Shown here: one piece after another, positions 51,471 to 60,710 of the stretch
How positions within the stretch are numbered: the stretch's first letter is position 1
How the letters are laid out: each line of letters starts with the position of its first letter
From: an uncultured Desulfatitalea sp.
Lineage (GTDB): Bacteria > Desulfobacterota > Desulfobacteria > Desulfobacterales > Desulfosarcinaceae
Length of the DNA stretch: 64,000 bases
Reading direction: 5' to 3'
Assembly (NCBI GenBank): GCA_963668675.2
Contig: CAXXMB010000002.1
Location: 1,568,001-1,632,000, forward strand
The notes under the pieces: model-generated
What the model was told of the DNA's origin: nothing
Databases searched by the model: none
What the model saw: only the letters and a program-made list of their open reading frames with translations
Made by a program: the position numbers and the translations under genes

Positions 51471-53177
51471 GTGAACGCCATGAAGAGACTGCCACGGTTG
51501 AACGACTACATCGACCACTGGTCTGAAAAACGACCGGACCAGGCGGCCATGATCCAGTATGAGGACGGCAAAACCGTTTCATACAACCAGTTTCGAAGCT
51601 ACATCGACTATTTCGCCCTTCGCCTTCTGGACATGGGCATTAAAAAGGGCGATCGGGTGGCAACGCAACTGGTGCTGGTTCCCGAGCATGTCATGTTGAT
51701 GTATGCCTGCTTCAAGATCGGTGCAATGATCGCACCGCTGGACTTGAGGTTGAAAAAAGAGGAGATTGTCCGCGACATCAACAAAATCACACCGAAGGCG
51801 TTCTTCTTCCTGGGCAACACGCCGGTCACTGACTTTCGCGAAATCGGCAAGGCGGTCAAGGCCTCCTGCCCGGGTGTCGACCATCTGGTGCAATTCACGC
51901 CCGATCCGAAACCCGGCGAGATCATCGAAGGGGCGATCAGCATCACCGACATGATGAAGAAGTGGCGCCTCGTCCGGCTGAAGCTTGCCGACCTGCTCCT
52001 CAAGCGCCTGAAGAAAGCCTACGCCCAGATCGACCCCAGAACCCCGGCCTTGATCATCTACACCACCGGGACCACCGGCGAGCCCAAACCAGCCATGCTC
52101 TGCCACGAAAACATCATCGTTCAAAACCAGATTCTGGAGAGGGGCATCGGCCTGCCCGACAGCCCGGACGGGCCGGGTTATGTCACCTTGATCAATCTTC
52201 CGCCCAGTCATGTCGGTTGTGTCACCGAAACCATGATGACCACCTTTTTTAAGGGTGGAACGGCGATCCTGTTGAGAATATTTGATGTGGAAGCGACCCT
52301 GGCGGCGATCGAAAAGCACAAAGTGACCCTCCTGGGACAGATCCCCACCCAGTTTCGCATGCTATGGCAGCACCCCAACTATGAATCCTACGATCTCTCC
52401 AGCTTGAAGTATGTCGCCTATGCCGGTTCAGCCGGCGATACGCCCTTCCTGAAACGGCTTGCCGCAATGGCCCCGGCTTTCGGAACCGGCATCGGAATGA
52501 CGGAAAATGCCGGCTTCGCCACCTTTACGCCGCCGGACATCTCCGTGGAGGAGATGGCGGGACAGGTGGGAAGGGCCTTCCCCGATCTGGCCGAAGTGAC
52601 CATACGCCAACCCATGACCGAAGACGGCTACGCCGGCGAGGAGGTACCGACCGGAGAGACCGGTGAGATCTGTTACCATCCGCCCATCGTGTTCCTGGGG
52701 TACTTCAACCAGCCCGGGGAGACCGCTAAGGCAATTTCAAAAGAGGGAATTCTCTACACCGGCGACCTGGGTTACTTCAAAGAGATGGGGAGCTACAACG
52801 CCCTGTACCTCTCCGGCCGGCGCAAGTTCGTGATCAAGCAGAAGGGTTACAATGTCTTCCCCAACGAGGTCGAGGAGCACATCGCCAAACTCGATGGAGT
52901 GGACATGGTCGATGTGATCGGTGTTAAGCACGCTGTCTTCGACGAGGGGATTTTCGCTTTCGTGCGCCTGCAGAAAGGCTCGGACCTGACGGCCGGCCGC
53001 ATCATGGACCACTGCAGGGAGATCGCCGCCTACAAGCGCCCCCAGCACATTGAAGTGTGGCCCCACGGCCAGGAGTTCCCCCTGACCCGCAGCGCCAAGA
53101 TCGACAAACTGAAACTGGTCGACATGGCAGAAGATATCATCGGCCGCCTGAGAAGCGAAGGAAAGTGGGACGTCTGA
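51471..53177 (+). CDS. Class I adenylate-forming enzyme (acyl-CoA synthetase)
   Basis: YTTGTTGEPK, GMTE, YTGDLG, GR.K and PLTRSAK motifs. Confidence 0.92.
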   Translation: MNAMKRLPRLNDYIDHWSEKRPDQAAMIQYEDGKTVSYNQFRSYIDYFALRLLDMGIKKGDRVATQLVLVPEHVMLMYACFKIGAMIAPLDLRLKKEEIVRDINKITPKAFFFLGNTPVTDFREIGKAVKASCPGVDHLVQFTPDPKPGEIIEGAISITDMMKKWRLVRLKLADLLLKRLKKAYAQIDPRTPALIIYTTGTTGEPKPAMLCHENIIVQNQILERGIGLPDSPDGPGYVTLINLPPSHVGCVTETMMTTFFKGGTAILLRIFDVEATLAAIEKHKVTLLGQIPTQFRMLWQHPNYESYDLSSLKYVAYAGSAGDTPFLKRLAAMAPAFGTGIGMTENAGFATFTPPDISVEEMAGQVGRAFPDLAEVTIRQPMTEDGYAGEEVPTGETGEICYHPPIVFLGYFNQPGETAKAISKEGILYTGDLGYFKEMGSYNALYLSGRRKFVIKQKGYNVFPNEVEEHIAKLDGVDMVDVIGVKHAVFDEGIFAFVRLQKGSDLTAGRIMDHCREIAAYKRPQHIEVWPHGQEFPLTRSAKIDKLKLVDMAEDIIGRLRSEGKWDV

Positions 53178-53181
53178 GGCC

Positions 53182-53793
53182 TTGATAGAGAGCACCATAG
53201 TGAAAAAGAACATTGCGAGCATACCCGACAAGCTGAAAGAGAGGCTCTACCCCACCGTCCTGGCGCTCTTTTCCGATAATGACGTTCACCGGGTCAACCT
53301 TCGGGAGATATCCAACCGAACGGGCGTCAGTTCGGGAACCATCTATAAGTATTTCACCTCCAAAGAGGACCTCATCTTCACCATCCTCGACGAAAAAATC
53401 ACGGAGATCGGAGCGTCTCTCAAGCTGCACATCGCAGGCCTGGAAGAGATCAAAGAGGTGTTTCGCAAGGTGTTCTGGGTCACCATGGATTTCTACGACA
53501 AAAATCCGGGTGTGGCCATCACCGCCTTTATCACTGTCCCCATGCGAAGCTGGATGAAAGAGAAGAGCTACAAACGCGGCGTTGAGCATGCAGCGCTGCG
53601 GGAGCCGCTCAACAAGGCCAGGCAGACGGGAGCCATCGACCCCGCAGTTTCAAACGAGCAGATTGCCGATCTCTATTATATGTTTTGCTACCGACAGATC
53701 CATAAATGGTATTACTTCGGCATGAAACAGAAGCTGGTCGATACGATACCGGATTTTTTCGAGCTCTTCTGGAAGGCGGTCAAACCTGAGTAA
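53182..53793 (+). CDS. TetR/AcrR family regulator
   Basis: NLREISNRTGVSSGTIYKYFTSKEDLI; start may be GTG 53200. Confidence 0.92.
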   Translation: MIESTIVKKNIASIPDKLKERLYPTVLALFSDNDVHRVNLREISNRTGVSSGTIYKYFTSKEDLIFTILDEKITEIGASLKLHIAGLEEIKEVFRKVFWVTMDFYDKNPGVAITAFITVPMRSWMKEKSYKRGVEHAALREPLNKARQTGAIDPAVSNEQIADLYYMFCYRQIHKWYYFGMKQKLVDTIPDFFELFWKAVKPE

Positions 53794-53939
53794 TGAGAAG
53801 AAAACGAGATCCATGGACGCATGTGTCGGCAGAAGGTCTCTTACGACCCTTGTAAAAGCTCGTTGATTCAGATAGATAGATATTATACCTGCAACAAATT
53901 ACGCAAAACCGTCATGCCGGACCAACGGGCTGAAGCTCA

Positions 53940-54116
53940 ATGATAAGACAAACCGGGCTGCCATTTAAGATAGAAGAGACCGAGGATCTGATCGACCTGC
54001 AGACAGACCCTTCCCTCTGCGGAGAATTTGCGTACTGGTCAGGATTGGGCTTGCCACTGACGACGATATTGAAACCCTTGAGCGCCAGAACGGCTCGTTT
54101 CATGAGAGTGGCGTAA
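53940..54116 (+). CDS. Candidate 58-aa peptide coupled to the export operon
   Basis: MIRQTGLPFKIEETEDLIDLQTDPSLCGEFAYWSGLGLPLTTILKPLSARTARFMRVA; its stop overlaps the next start (TAATG); RBS is weak. Confidence 0.35.
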   Translation: MIRQTGLPFKIEETEDLIDLQTDPSLCGEFAYWSGLGLPLTTILKPLSARTARFMRVA

Positions 54117-54760
54117 TGCAAAAGAATCACCGCCTCCTTTTCCGTAAAGAAGCCGTTGAAAAATACATCTCCGAGCTGGAGCGCTCTGTTTTGCCAAGGA
54201 TCATCCCGCCGCGATTGATTCGCTACCTGTGGGTTCTGCTCGCATTACTGGTGACGGCAGGGGCATGGACCTGGTCGGTTCAAATCCCCGTCCATACCGT
54301 TGGGGATGCTATTGTGTGCCGGGATTGTCAACGCTGGATTTTAGCGCCAGCCGACGCACCGTGCGTCATGGCACTCTTCCCGACCGAAGTTCTGAGCCAT
54401 CTTCAGCCAGGTCAGACGCTGGAGCTGGAAATCGCCGGGCAACACAAACCGGTTCTTGTGCAGGTGGTGGCGGTTGACACCGTACACCCGAAGCTGGTGC
54501 AAGTACCCTCTTGTTTGGAATGGATTTCGGGCGGCCGGCCAAGAAGGGAGCAACCGATGGTGGTCGCCATCGCACGTTTGCCTGATGGCCAGCAGAAACC
54601 GCCATGGGGTATGGCAGGAACCATGCGCGCACGGGTCGAAACCGGTCGGCGTCGTCTGGCTGGCTATTTGCCTTGGGTGGGTTGTTTCTTCGACGCACAC
54701 GCCCCAGAAAAGAAGAGACACAATTCAAATGGACCTGTCAATCCTCAACCGTTGTCTTGA
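54116..54760 (+). CDS. Short HlyD-like peptide-secretion accessory protein
   Basis: LFRKEA N-terminal motif, single TM, GMAG..RVETGRR.LAGYL C-terminus; overlaps the PCAT start. Confidence 0.65.
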   Translation: MQKNHRLLFRKEAVEKYISELERSVLPRIIPPRLIRYLWVLLALLVTAGAWTWSVQIPVHTVGDAIVCRDCQRWILAPADAPCVMALFPTEVLSHLQPGQTLELEIAGQHKPVLVQVVAVDTVHPKLVQVPSCLEWISGGRPRREQPMVVAIARLPDGQQKPPWGMAGTMRARVETGRRRLAGYLPWVGCFFDAHAPEKKRHNSNGPVNPQPLS

Positions 54761-56975
54761 TCGCTTCTCTGCAGTGGTCCGGCGATTCGCAGCGTTTTTT
54801 TCAACGCCCCGCGTGCCGGTGCTGTTGCAGTTGCACGCCACCGAATGCGGCGCCGCTTGTTTGGCCATGATCCTGAACTTTTACGGCCATCGGGTAGGAG
54901 TCTCTGATTGCCGGGCCTATTGCGGCGGCGGCCGGGACGGAATTGATGCCGACACCATTGGTCAAGCGGCCGCCCGCTTCGGATTAAAGGTCAAGGCCTA
55001 CACCATAGCCATCAACGATCTGCGCTACATCCCTCTGCCGGCGGTGATACACTGGCGATTCAACCATTTCGTTGTACTAGAGCACTGGCGGCCGTCATCG
55101 TGCAGGATCATCGATCCGGCCATCGGCAAGCGCCGCCTCACGCCAGGGGAATTGGACGAAGGGTTTACCGGCGTCGTCCTTACCTTTGAACCGAATGTCG
55201 ATTTCCGGCCGAAGCCGTCTCCCGGTCGCTCCATATGGCGGGACTATCTATCTGCCGTGTTGCGCGTTCCAGGTGCGAAGGGAACACTGATCCGCGTTCT
55301 GATGGTCTCCGCCTTCCTGCAGCTGATAGGCCTTATTGTGCCGCTGTTCACACAGATCGTGGTGGATCAGGTCCTGCCTTTTCGAATGCCGGATTTGCTG
55401 TTTATGCTGGGCTTGGGCGGCCTGGTTCTGGTATCGGCATATATGGTGATCACCTATCTGCGGGCGGCTCTGCTGATCTATCTGCAGGCCAAAATCGACA
55501 GTCAAGTGGTCATCGGATTCTTCGAACATGTCCTTGCCCTGCCCTACCGCTATTTCCAGCAGCGCCGAAGCGGCGATCTGCTCATGCGCCTGGGAAGCAA
55601 TGTCACACTGCGGGAACTGATTACCAATCAGACCCTATCCATCGTCCTGGACGGATTTTTCGTACTATTTTACCTGGCCATCCTCCTGAGCCAAAGCATG
55701 CTGTTCGCATCGGTGGTGTTGGCCCTGGGCGGCATCCAAATCCTCATCTTGATCGGCACGGCCCGGCGAGTCCGTTCATTGATGCAGAACAATCTGGCAG
55801 CGAGGGCCGAAACCGAAAGCTACCTGATTGAAATTCTGCAAGGCATCGCAGTGCTGAAGGCCTCGGGCAGCGAAGCGCAAGCCTTGCAATCCTGGACGGG
55901 AAAATTCATGAAGCAGCTGAATCTCTCGCTGGAGCGGCACCATTTCTTTGCCTTGATCGGCACCGCCTTGCGGACCCTGCAACTGCTATCGCCACTGGCG
56001 CTGCTTTGGATGGGAGGTGTTTTGGTGCTCGACGGCACCCTCAGCCTCGGGCTAATGCTGGCGTTACAAGCGTTGGGGATCTCATTTCTGGCCCCTCTGG
56101 CGTCCCTCATTGAAACCGGGCAGCAGTGGCAGATGGCCAAGGCGTATATGGAGCGCATCGCCGATGTGCTCGAGGCCGAACCCGAGCAGACGCTGGCCGC
56201 CCCTGGCGCATCACCCCAGCTGAGGGGGGCCATCGCGATGCGCGATGTGAGCTTTCGGTACGACCCAAAGACCCCTTGGATATTGAAAAACATCTCCTTC
56301 ACGCTTGCCCCCCATAGCAAGCTGGCCCTGGTTGGCCGCACCGGTGCAGGCAAAACCACCCTGGCCATGCTGCTGCTCGGCCTTTACCGGCCGACGATGG
56401 GTGAAATCACCTATGACGACCAACCCTTGAGCCACTTGAACTTGCGCCATGTGCGCCGGCAGTTCGGGGCCGTCTTGCAGGAACCTTTTCTTTTCCAAGG
56501 CTCAATCCGCCAGAACATCGCCTTCAACCAACCCGCCATGCCCCTGGAAGAAGTCCTGCGGGCGGCTCGCATCGCCTGCATCCATGATGAGATCATGCAA
56601 ATGCCCATGGCCTATGAGACCCTCGTCGGCGAGGGCGGGGCCGGCCTGTCCGGAGGCCAGCGCCAGCGCCTGGCCATCGCGCGAGCCGTTGCCCACCGGC
56701 CAGTGCTGCTCCTGCTGGATGAAGCCACCAGCCATCTGGATACCGTCACCGAAGGGCAGGTGGATCGCCATCTGAGTCAATTGGAGAACACCCGAATCGT
56801 CATCGCACACCGACTTTCCACCATACGGAATGCGGATGTCATTTTGGTGCTCGACGACGGTCGCATAGCGGAACAGGGAACCCATGCCGAGCTACTCGAC
56901 CGTGGCGGATACTACCGACGCCTGGTGGAAAGCCAAGTCATCACACCCGATGGCTCCCACCCCAATCCGCGTTAG
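54729..56975 (+). CDS. Peptidase-containing ABC transporter (C39 + TMD + NBD)
   Basis: QLHATECGAACLAMIL, HWRFNHFVVL and IIDPA (Cys-His-Asp); GRTGAGKT, LSGGQRQR, LDEATS and IAHRLST. Confidence 0.95.
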   Translation: MDLSILNRCLDRFSAVVRRFAAFFSTPRVPVLLQLHATECGAACLAMILNFYGHRVGVSDCRAYCGGGRDGIDADTIGQAAARFGLKVKAYTIAINDLRYIPLPAVIHWRFNHFVVLEHWRPSSCRIIDPAIGKRRLTPGELDEGFTGVVLTFEPNVDFRPKPSPGRSIWRDYLSAVLRVPGAKGTLIRVLMVSAFLQLIGLIVPLFTQIVVDQVLPFRMPDLLFMLGLGGLVLVSAYMVITYLRAALLIYLQAKIDSQVVIGFFEHVLALPYRYFQQRRSGDLLMRLGSNVTLRELITNQTLSIVLDGFFVLFYLAILLSQSMLFASVVLALGGIQILILIGTARRVRSLMQNNLAARAETESYLIEILQGIAVLKASGSEAQALQSWTGKFMKQLNLSLERHHFFALIGTALRTLQLLSPLALLWMGGVLVLDGTLSLGLMLALQALGISFLAPLASLIETGQQWQMAKAYMERIADVLEAEPEQTLAAPGASPQLRGAIAMRDVSFRYDPKTPWILKNISFTLAPHSKLALVGRTGAGKTTLAMLLLGLYRPTMGEITYDDQPLSHLNLRHVRRQFGAVLQEPFLFQGSIRQNIAFNQPAMPLEEVLRAARIACIHDEIMQMPMAYETLVGEGGAGLSGGQRQRLAIARAVAHRPVLLLLDEATSHLDTVTEGQVDRHLSQLENTRIVIAHRLSTIRNADVILVLDDGRIAEQGTHAELLDRGGYYRRLVESQVITPDGSHPNPR

Positions 56976-57050
56976 TACACAAGCGACCCTTGGCATGCCG
57001 CTGCCGTCCAAAGCAGCGCAAGCCACTCTCTATTTCTTAAAATAGAGTTA

Positions 57051-58352
57051 TCAGCGCCGAGCGGCGCCCGAAAATCGGTTCGGTCCGGAAACATCGGCGG
57101 GTTGAAACAAGCAGAGGTCGTTGCGGCCCAAAGCATACTCATAAGCGCCCAAAGGCGGGCAAAGATCTACCATAAGGCAATGCCGGCAGGGTTTGACATT
57201 GCGTCGAAGTCGAAACCAATTCTTACCGTTTCGCATCTCCTTGTATAAAAGGGCGTGGAGTGATTTTTCTTTGAGCGACCCCAACGGCGGCGTGTTCAGA
57301 TCGGCATGCACCCTGCCGTCGGCCAGAACGAAGAGCCGCCCGAACCGCAGCCGGTTGAGCACCGCGTTGGCATAGATGTCCACATGGGTGGGATGCGCGG
57401 CAATGATATCTTTTTCATCCATGAAAACGTGCCGATGAAAGAACTCGGCATTGACCCCGTCAAAAAATGGTTTGAGCTTTAAGGCCGAAATGCCAAGCAC
57501 GGCGGCTGTTTTCTGAGCCTCGCGCACCTGCCGGACATTTTGCACCACGAATTCGAACTGAACCGTGCGATTCCGGAGGCGCATCTCTTTGTGGACGGCC
57601 GATAGATGCTTCTGTTTGTAAGGCGGCGTCACCGTAACGATATAGTGCGGCGACAGACTGTCCAGCTGGTTTACCTTTACGCCGGCAGCATGCCAATTCA
57701 GATAGTGCGCATAAAATACAATTTTCGCACCGACAGCACCCAACGTCTTGCACGCGCCGGCCAGGTGGGTGTATTGGAAAATATCACCACCGGTGATATT
57801 AATCCTGCTCACTTGGGAACCCTGAAGTTGATCACAAAGCAGGTCCAGGGTTTGAAGGGCAAGCTCCTGCTCCTTACCACGGCCCCGCGAGCAGCAAAGA
57901 AATTGCTTGCAGTAATCGCGGCACCCTGCACAGTTTTGGACGCACCGTCCTGTAAGGAAGATCGAGATCTCTGTGAGATATTCCAAAACAGCTTCACCTG
58001 GGGAACGTTCCTCATCACGCACCAACCGTCGCCTGTCTTTCTGAATTTTCGGTCCATGCCCCATCACGACCGGTTTGGCGCTGGACCCGTCCGCATCCAA
58101 GACATCGCCCATATAGTACTTTCGAATATCGGCCACAAAGCCGGCCAGAACGCGTTGTTTCAACTCACCGGCGCGCAGCAAGATGACGCGCATGTTGCGC
58201 GCGCGAAGCATTCGGCGTACGATTGCTGCGATTGGAGCAGCGTGGCGATAAATAATGTGACGACCGTCCAGCGTATTGTACAGCATGACATCGTCCAACT
58301 TGCAGACGGCATGGGTGTATGGCTCCAGATAGAGCCAGAATCGCTTTTCCAT
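57051..58352 (-). CDS. Pseudo-radical-SAM protein (TIGR04150-like, GG system partner)
   Basis: FWLYLEPY...MLYNTLDG start, altered Cys cluster CVQNCAGC..CKQFLCC, ITGGDIF, C-terminal CRHCLMVDLCPP...C. Confidence 0.8.
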   Translation of the reverse strand: MEKRFWLYLEPYTHAVCKLDDVMLYNTLDGRHIIYRHAAPIAAIVRRMLRARNMRVILLRAGELKQRVLAGFVADIRKYYMGDVLDADGSSAKPVVMGHGPKIQKDRRRLVRDEERSPGEAVLEYLTEISIFLTGRCVQNCAGCRDYCKQFLCCSRGRGKEQELALQTLDLLCDQLQGSQVSRINITGGDIFQYTHLAGACKTLGAVGAKIVFYAHYLNWHAAGVKVNQLDSLSPHYIVTVTPPYKQKHLSAVHKEMRLRNRTVQFEFVVQNVRQVREAQKTAAVLGISALKLKPFFDGVNAEFFHRHVFMDEKDIIAAHPTHVDIYANAVLNRLRFGRLFVLADGRVHADLNTPPLGSLKEKSLHALLYKEMRNGKNWFRLRRNVKPCRHCLMVDLCPPLGAYEYALGRNDLCLFQPADVSGPNRFSGAARR

Positions 58353-58353
58353 T

Positions 58354-59886
58354 TTACTTTGTGACCGCCTCTTTGACGATGCGCGCGTAGATACCCGGGT
58401 CCTTTTCCAGCTCTCCCAGATGCGAAGAAAAACGCGACCGGCGCTGATCGTAACTCATAAAGCTGCCGCAGCGGGGCTTGCCGCTGTGCCATTCGATATA
58501 GAACATGCACTTGCCACAGTTGTCCGCTGCGGCGCAGCGTTGACACAACTCAGCCAGGCGGGAAAAATGGGTGCTGTAGGTCTTGGCGATGCCCTCGGGA
58601 TCAAGCCACACCCGATCCGCCGTTGCATGGCCCACCGCGTATTGATGGCCGATGCGTTCACACGGCAATATTTTATGATTCACGGTTAAGAAGATTTTGC
58701 GTTCGAAGGGGACACACGTACCGGACGGGTACCGCTTGGAACGTTCCTTGGCAGCCAAAAGCTCAGCATAGTCCGAAAAGGAGCCATCGGTGTAACTGTG
58801 GATGAATTTTGAAAGCGAACCCAACGTCGGCAAATCGATGAACAGATCTTCGATCAACGTCTGGGGCGCCTCTGTCTCCTCGAAATCCTCAGCCATGCTG
58901 GCGTAAGTTTCCAAAAATGCGTCTTGCGACGACGGATCGATGCCGGCGGTGTTCAACTCTCCGATCATCGGCGTCTTGCCGAATTCGGTTTCAAAGTAAT
59001 CATGCACCTCCTTGAGGCAGCTGCGGTTGTGATAAACGGCGTTGAAATTGACGTATTTCTTAAAGTAGTCAGGATACTTTTCCTTGAGCGCACGAACGTT
59101 TCGCACCACCTGGCCATGCGATGGGCGGCCATTGGGAAAGACCCGGTAAGCGTTGTGGTGCCGATGGCCGTCAAGGCTGATCAGCAGGGCGAAACGGTGT
59201 TCATATAGAAAGTCCATATGCTTTGCCAGCAGTAAGGCGTTGGTGGTCATGGTGAAGATGAACGGATGGCGCGGCGCATTGAGTTGTTTGGCGTATGCGA
59301 CGATATCGCGAATCAGGGTGAAATTCAAAAGGGGCTCGCCGCCGTAAAACCCGATAGCGATAGGGCTATCGATGGAGGTGTTGAGGCCGCTGTTCCACTG
59401 ATCGGCCAAAAACGTCAGCAGGCGCTTGGCCACCTTGAAGTCAAGCATCTTGTCTGTACGCCGGTCATAGTCCCGATAGAATTTTCCATAGCCACAATAG
59501 GCGCATCGCAGATTGCAGGCATCGGTCACTTCGAAAATAACTTGGCGGACATTGGCCAATGCGTGCCGGACACTTTGCGGATCGAGTTCGCATGTGAATT
59601 GTTCGGTTGCCTCGAACGGCTTGAAATAACCGTGCCTTTTTAAAAAAAGGTATTTGCGGTAATAGTAGTCAACTTCGCTTCTGGGAAGAACAGAATTCTC
59701 GGAAATGCGCACTTGGCCGCTAGGCAACTGACCTATCCAAGCCGCAAGATCGACGCCTCGAGCACCCAGTTCGGCCAGGTGGTACAGAAATGGGTGGACG
59801 GTCAGCACCTGGCGCTTGTCTCGGGCGCAGATGTAGTGATTGCCCTGCGGGCTTTTGAATAGGAGTTCGCTTCGCAAAGATGGCAT
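58354..59886 (-). CDS. Radical SAM/SPASM peptide maturase (TIGR04148-like)
   Basis: FEVTDACNLRCAYC, FYGGEPLL, TTN, ISLDG, SPASM CVPF...LPCERIG...CQRC.....CGKC; N-terminal extension consistent with an RRE. Confidence 0.9.
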   Translation of the reverse strand: MPSLRSELLFKSPQGNHYICARDKRQVLTVHPFLYHLAELGARGVDLAAWIGQLPSGQVRISENSVLPRSEVDYYYRKYLFLKRHGYFKPFEATEQFTCELDPQSVRHALANVRQVIFEVTDACNLRCAYCGYGKFYRDYDRRTDKMLDFKVAKRLLTFLADQWNSGLNTSIDSPIAIGFYGGEPLLNFTLIRDIVAYAKQLNAPRHPFIFTMTTNALLLAKHMDFLYEHRFALLISLDGHRHHNAYRVFPNGRPSHGQVVRNVRALKEKYPDYFKKYVNFNAVYHNRSCLKEVHDYFETEFGKTPMIGELNTAGIDPSSQDAFLETYASMAEDFEETEAPQTLIEDLFIDLPTLGSLSKFIHSYTDGSFSDYAELLAAKERSKRYPSGTCVPFERKIFLTVNHKILPCERIGHQYAVGHATADRVWLDPEGIAKTYSTHFSRLAELCQRCAAADNCGKCMFYIEWHSGKPRCGSFMSYDQRRSRFSSHLGELEKDPGIYARIVKEAVTK

Positions 59887-60263
59887 GGCCCGACATCTGC
59901 GTCCGCTGATCACTCAGGTAGAAAGGTGGCTGTTCACTGCCGCTGCATTGCAATCCAATAGAACGCCCACCGGATTATCTGCCTATACCATGGTTTCCAG
60001 GAAGGGCCGCAACCGACCGCCCGAACGGTCTGAAGAGCGATCGCTCTGAGTTTGGGGGTAGCGTGCTGTTGATGGCAAGGCCTTTCACACCCATCGCGGA
60101 GTTAACTTGTCATCCGGCGAAAGGCGTCAAAAGCTCAACAAAGCCGCTGTCGGGATATGAATTCACTCCTCAACTTTGGAATTTGAGGAAAAGGCAACGA
60201 TCCGAACAGCTGTGCGTCAGTATCATACAGCCGCTTCGCCGGCACTGTGAATGCCGAATGAAA

Positions 60264-60428
60264 TTACTTGCGGGGCTTTGCAATCGGCGGCTTGCCCTCA
60301 CTGTCTTGTTGCCCGAAGGTCTGCTTGTTGCCTGAACAATCGCAATTTTTCGACCCTGTGGTTTTGCCGCCGGTCACACGGCGCATCTCATCACTGGTCA
60401 ATTCGGTCAATTTGATTCCGGTCTTCAT
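60264..60428 (-). CDS. Double-glycine-leader RiPP precursor peptide (54 aa)
   Basis: Hand translation gives MKTGIKLTELTSDEMRRVTGG/KTTGSKNCDCSGNKQTFGQQDSEGKPPIAKPRK. AAAGGGG RBS; upstream of and co-oriented with the rSAM genes. Confidence 0.85.
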   Translation of the reverse strand: MKTGIKLTELTSDEMRRVTGGKTTGSKNCDCSGNKQTFGQQDSEGKPPIAKPRK

Positions 60429-60710
60429 GCGAGTTGCCCCTTTCTTCTCAGATGGAGGGCCTTAGGGCCCACAAGGCATGCATGGTGCGGGTGCATGCCG
60501 CTCAATCCGATGGCGAACATATACGACAAATTCGTACCACAGCTTACCATGAGCTATCAACACCTAAAACACCGTGCCAGCCCATAAGGCAAGCCCCATA
60601 GGGGACGGCCCCATGTGCCCCAGAAAGGGCACCCTATAGACCAATCAAGAATAGTGATTAGATTTGCTGAATATGCAGATGATGGTTCAAAACCATAGAA
60701 GGAGCCGAAG

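Noticed and set aside
50592..53793. MaoC and acyl-CoA ligase as tailoring enzymes of the RiPP cluster
   Set aside because: They have their own operator and TetR and resemble the other acyl-CoA catabolic operons in the window; adjacency alone is insufficient.
54456..54728. Upstream extension of the PCAT ORF in the track
   Set aside because: Overlaps the adaptor gene extensively; the C39 domain starts shortly after ATG 54729.
59914..60263. Additional precursor copies between the precursor and the rSAM
   Set aside because: Reading the minus strand showed no second GG leader or convincing RBS-ATG.
60525..60580. Sigma54 promoter for the precursor (TGGCAC or TGGTAC on the minus strand)
   Set aside because: No TTGC at the required -12 spacing.
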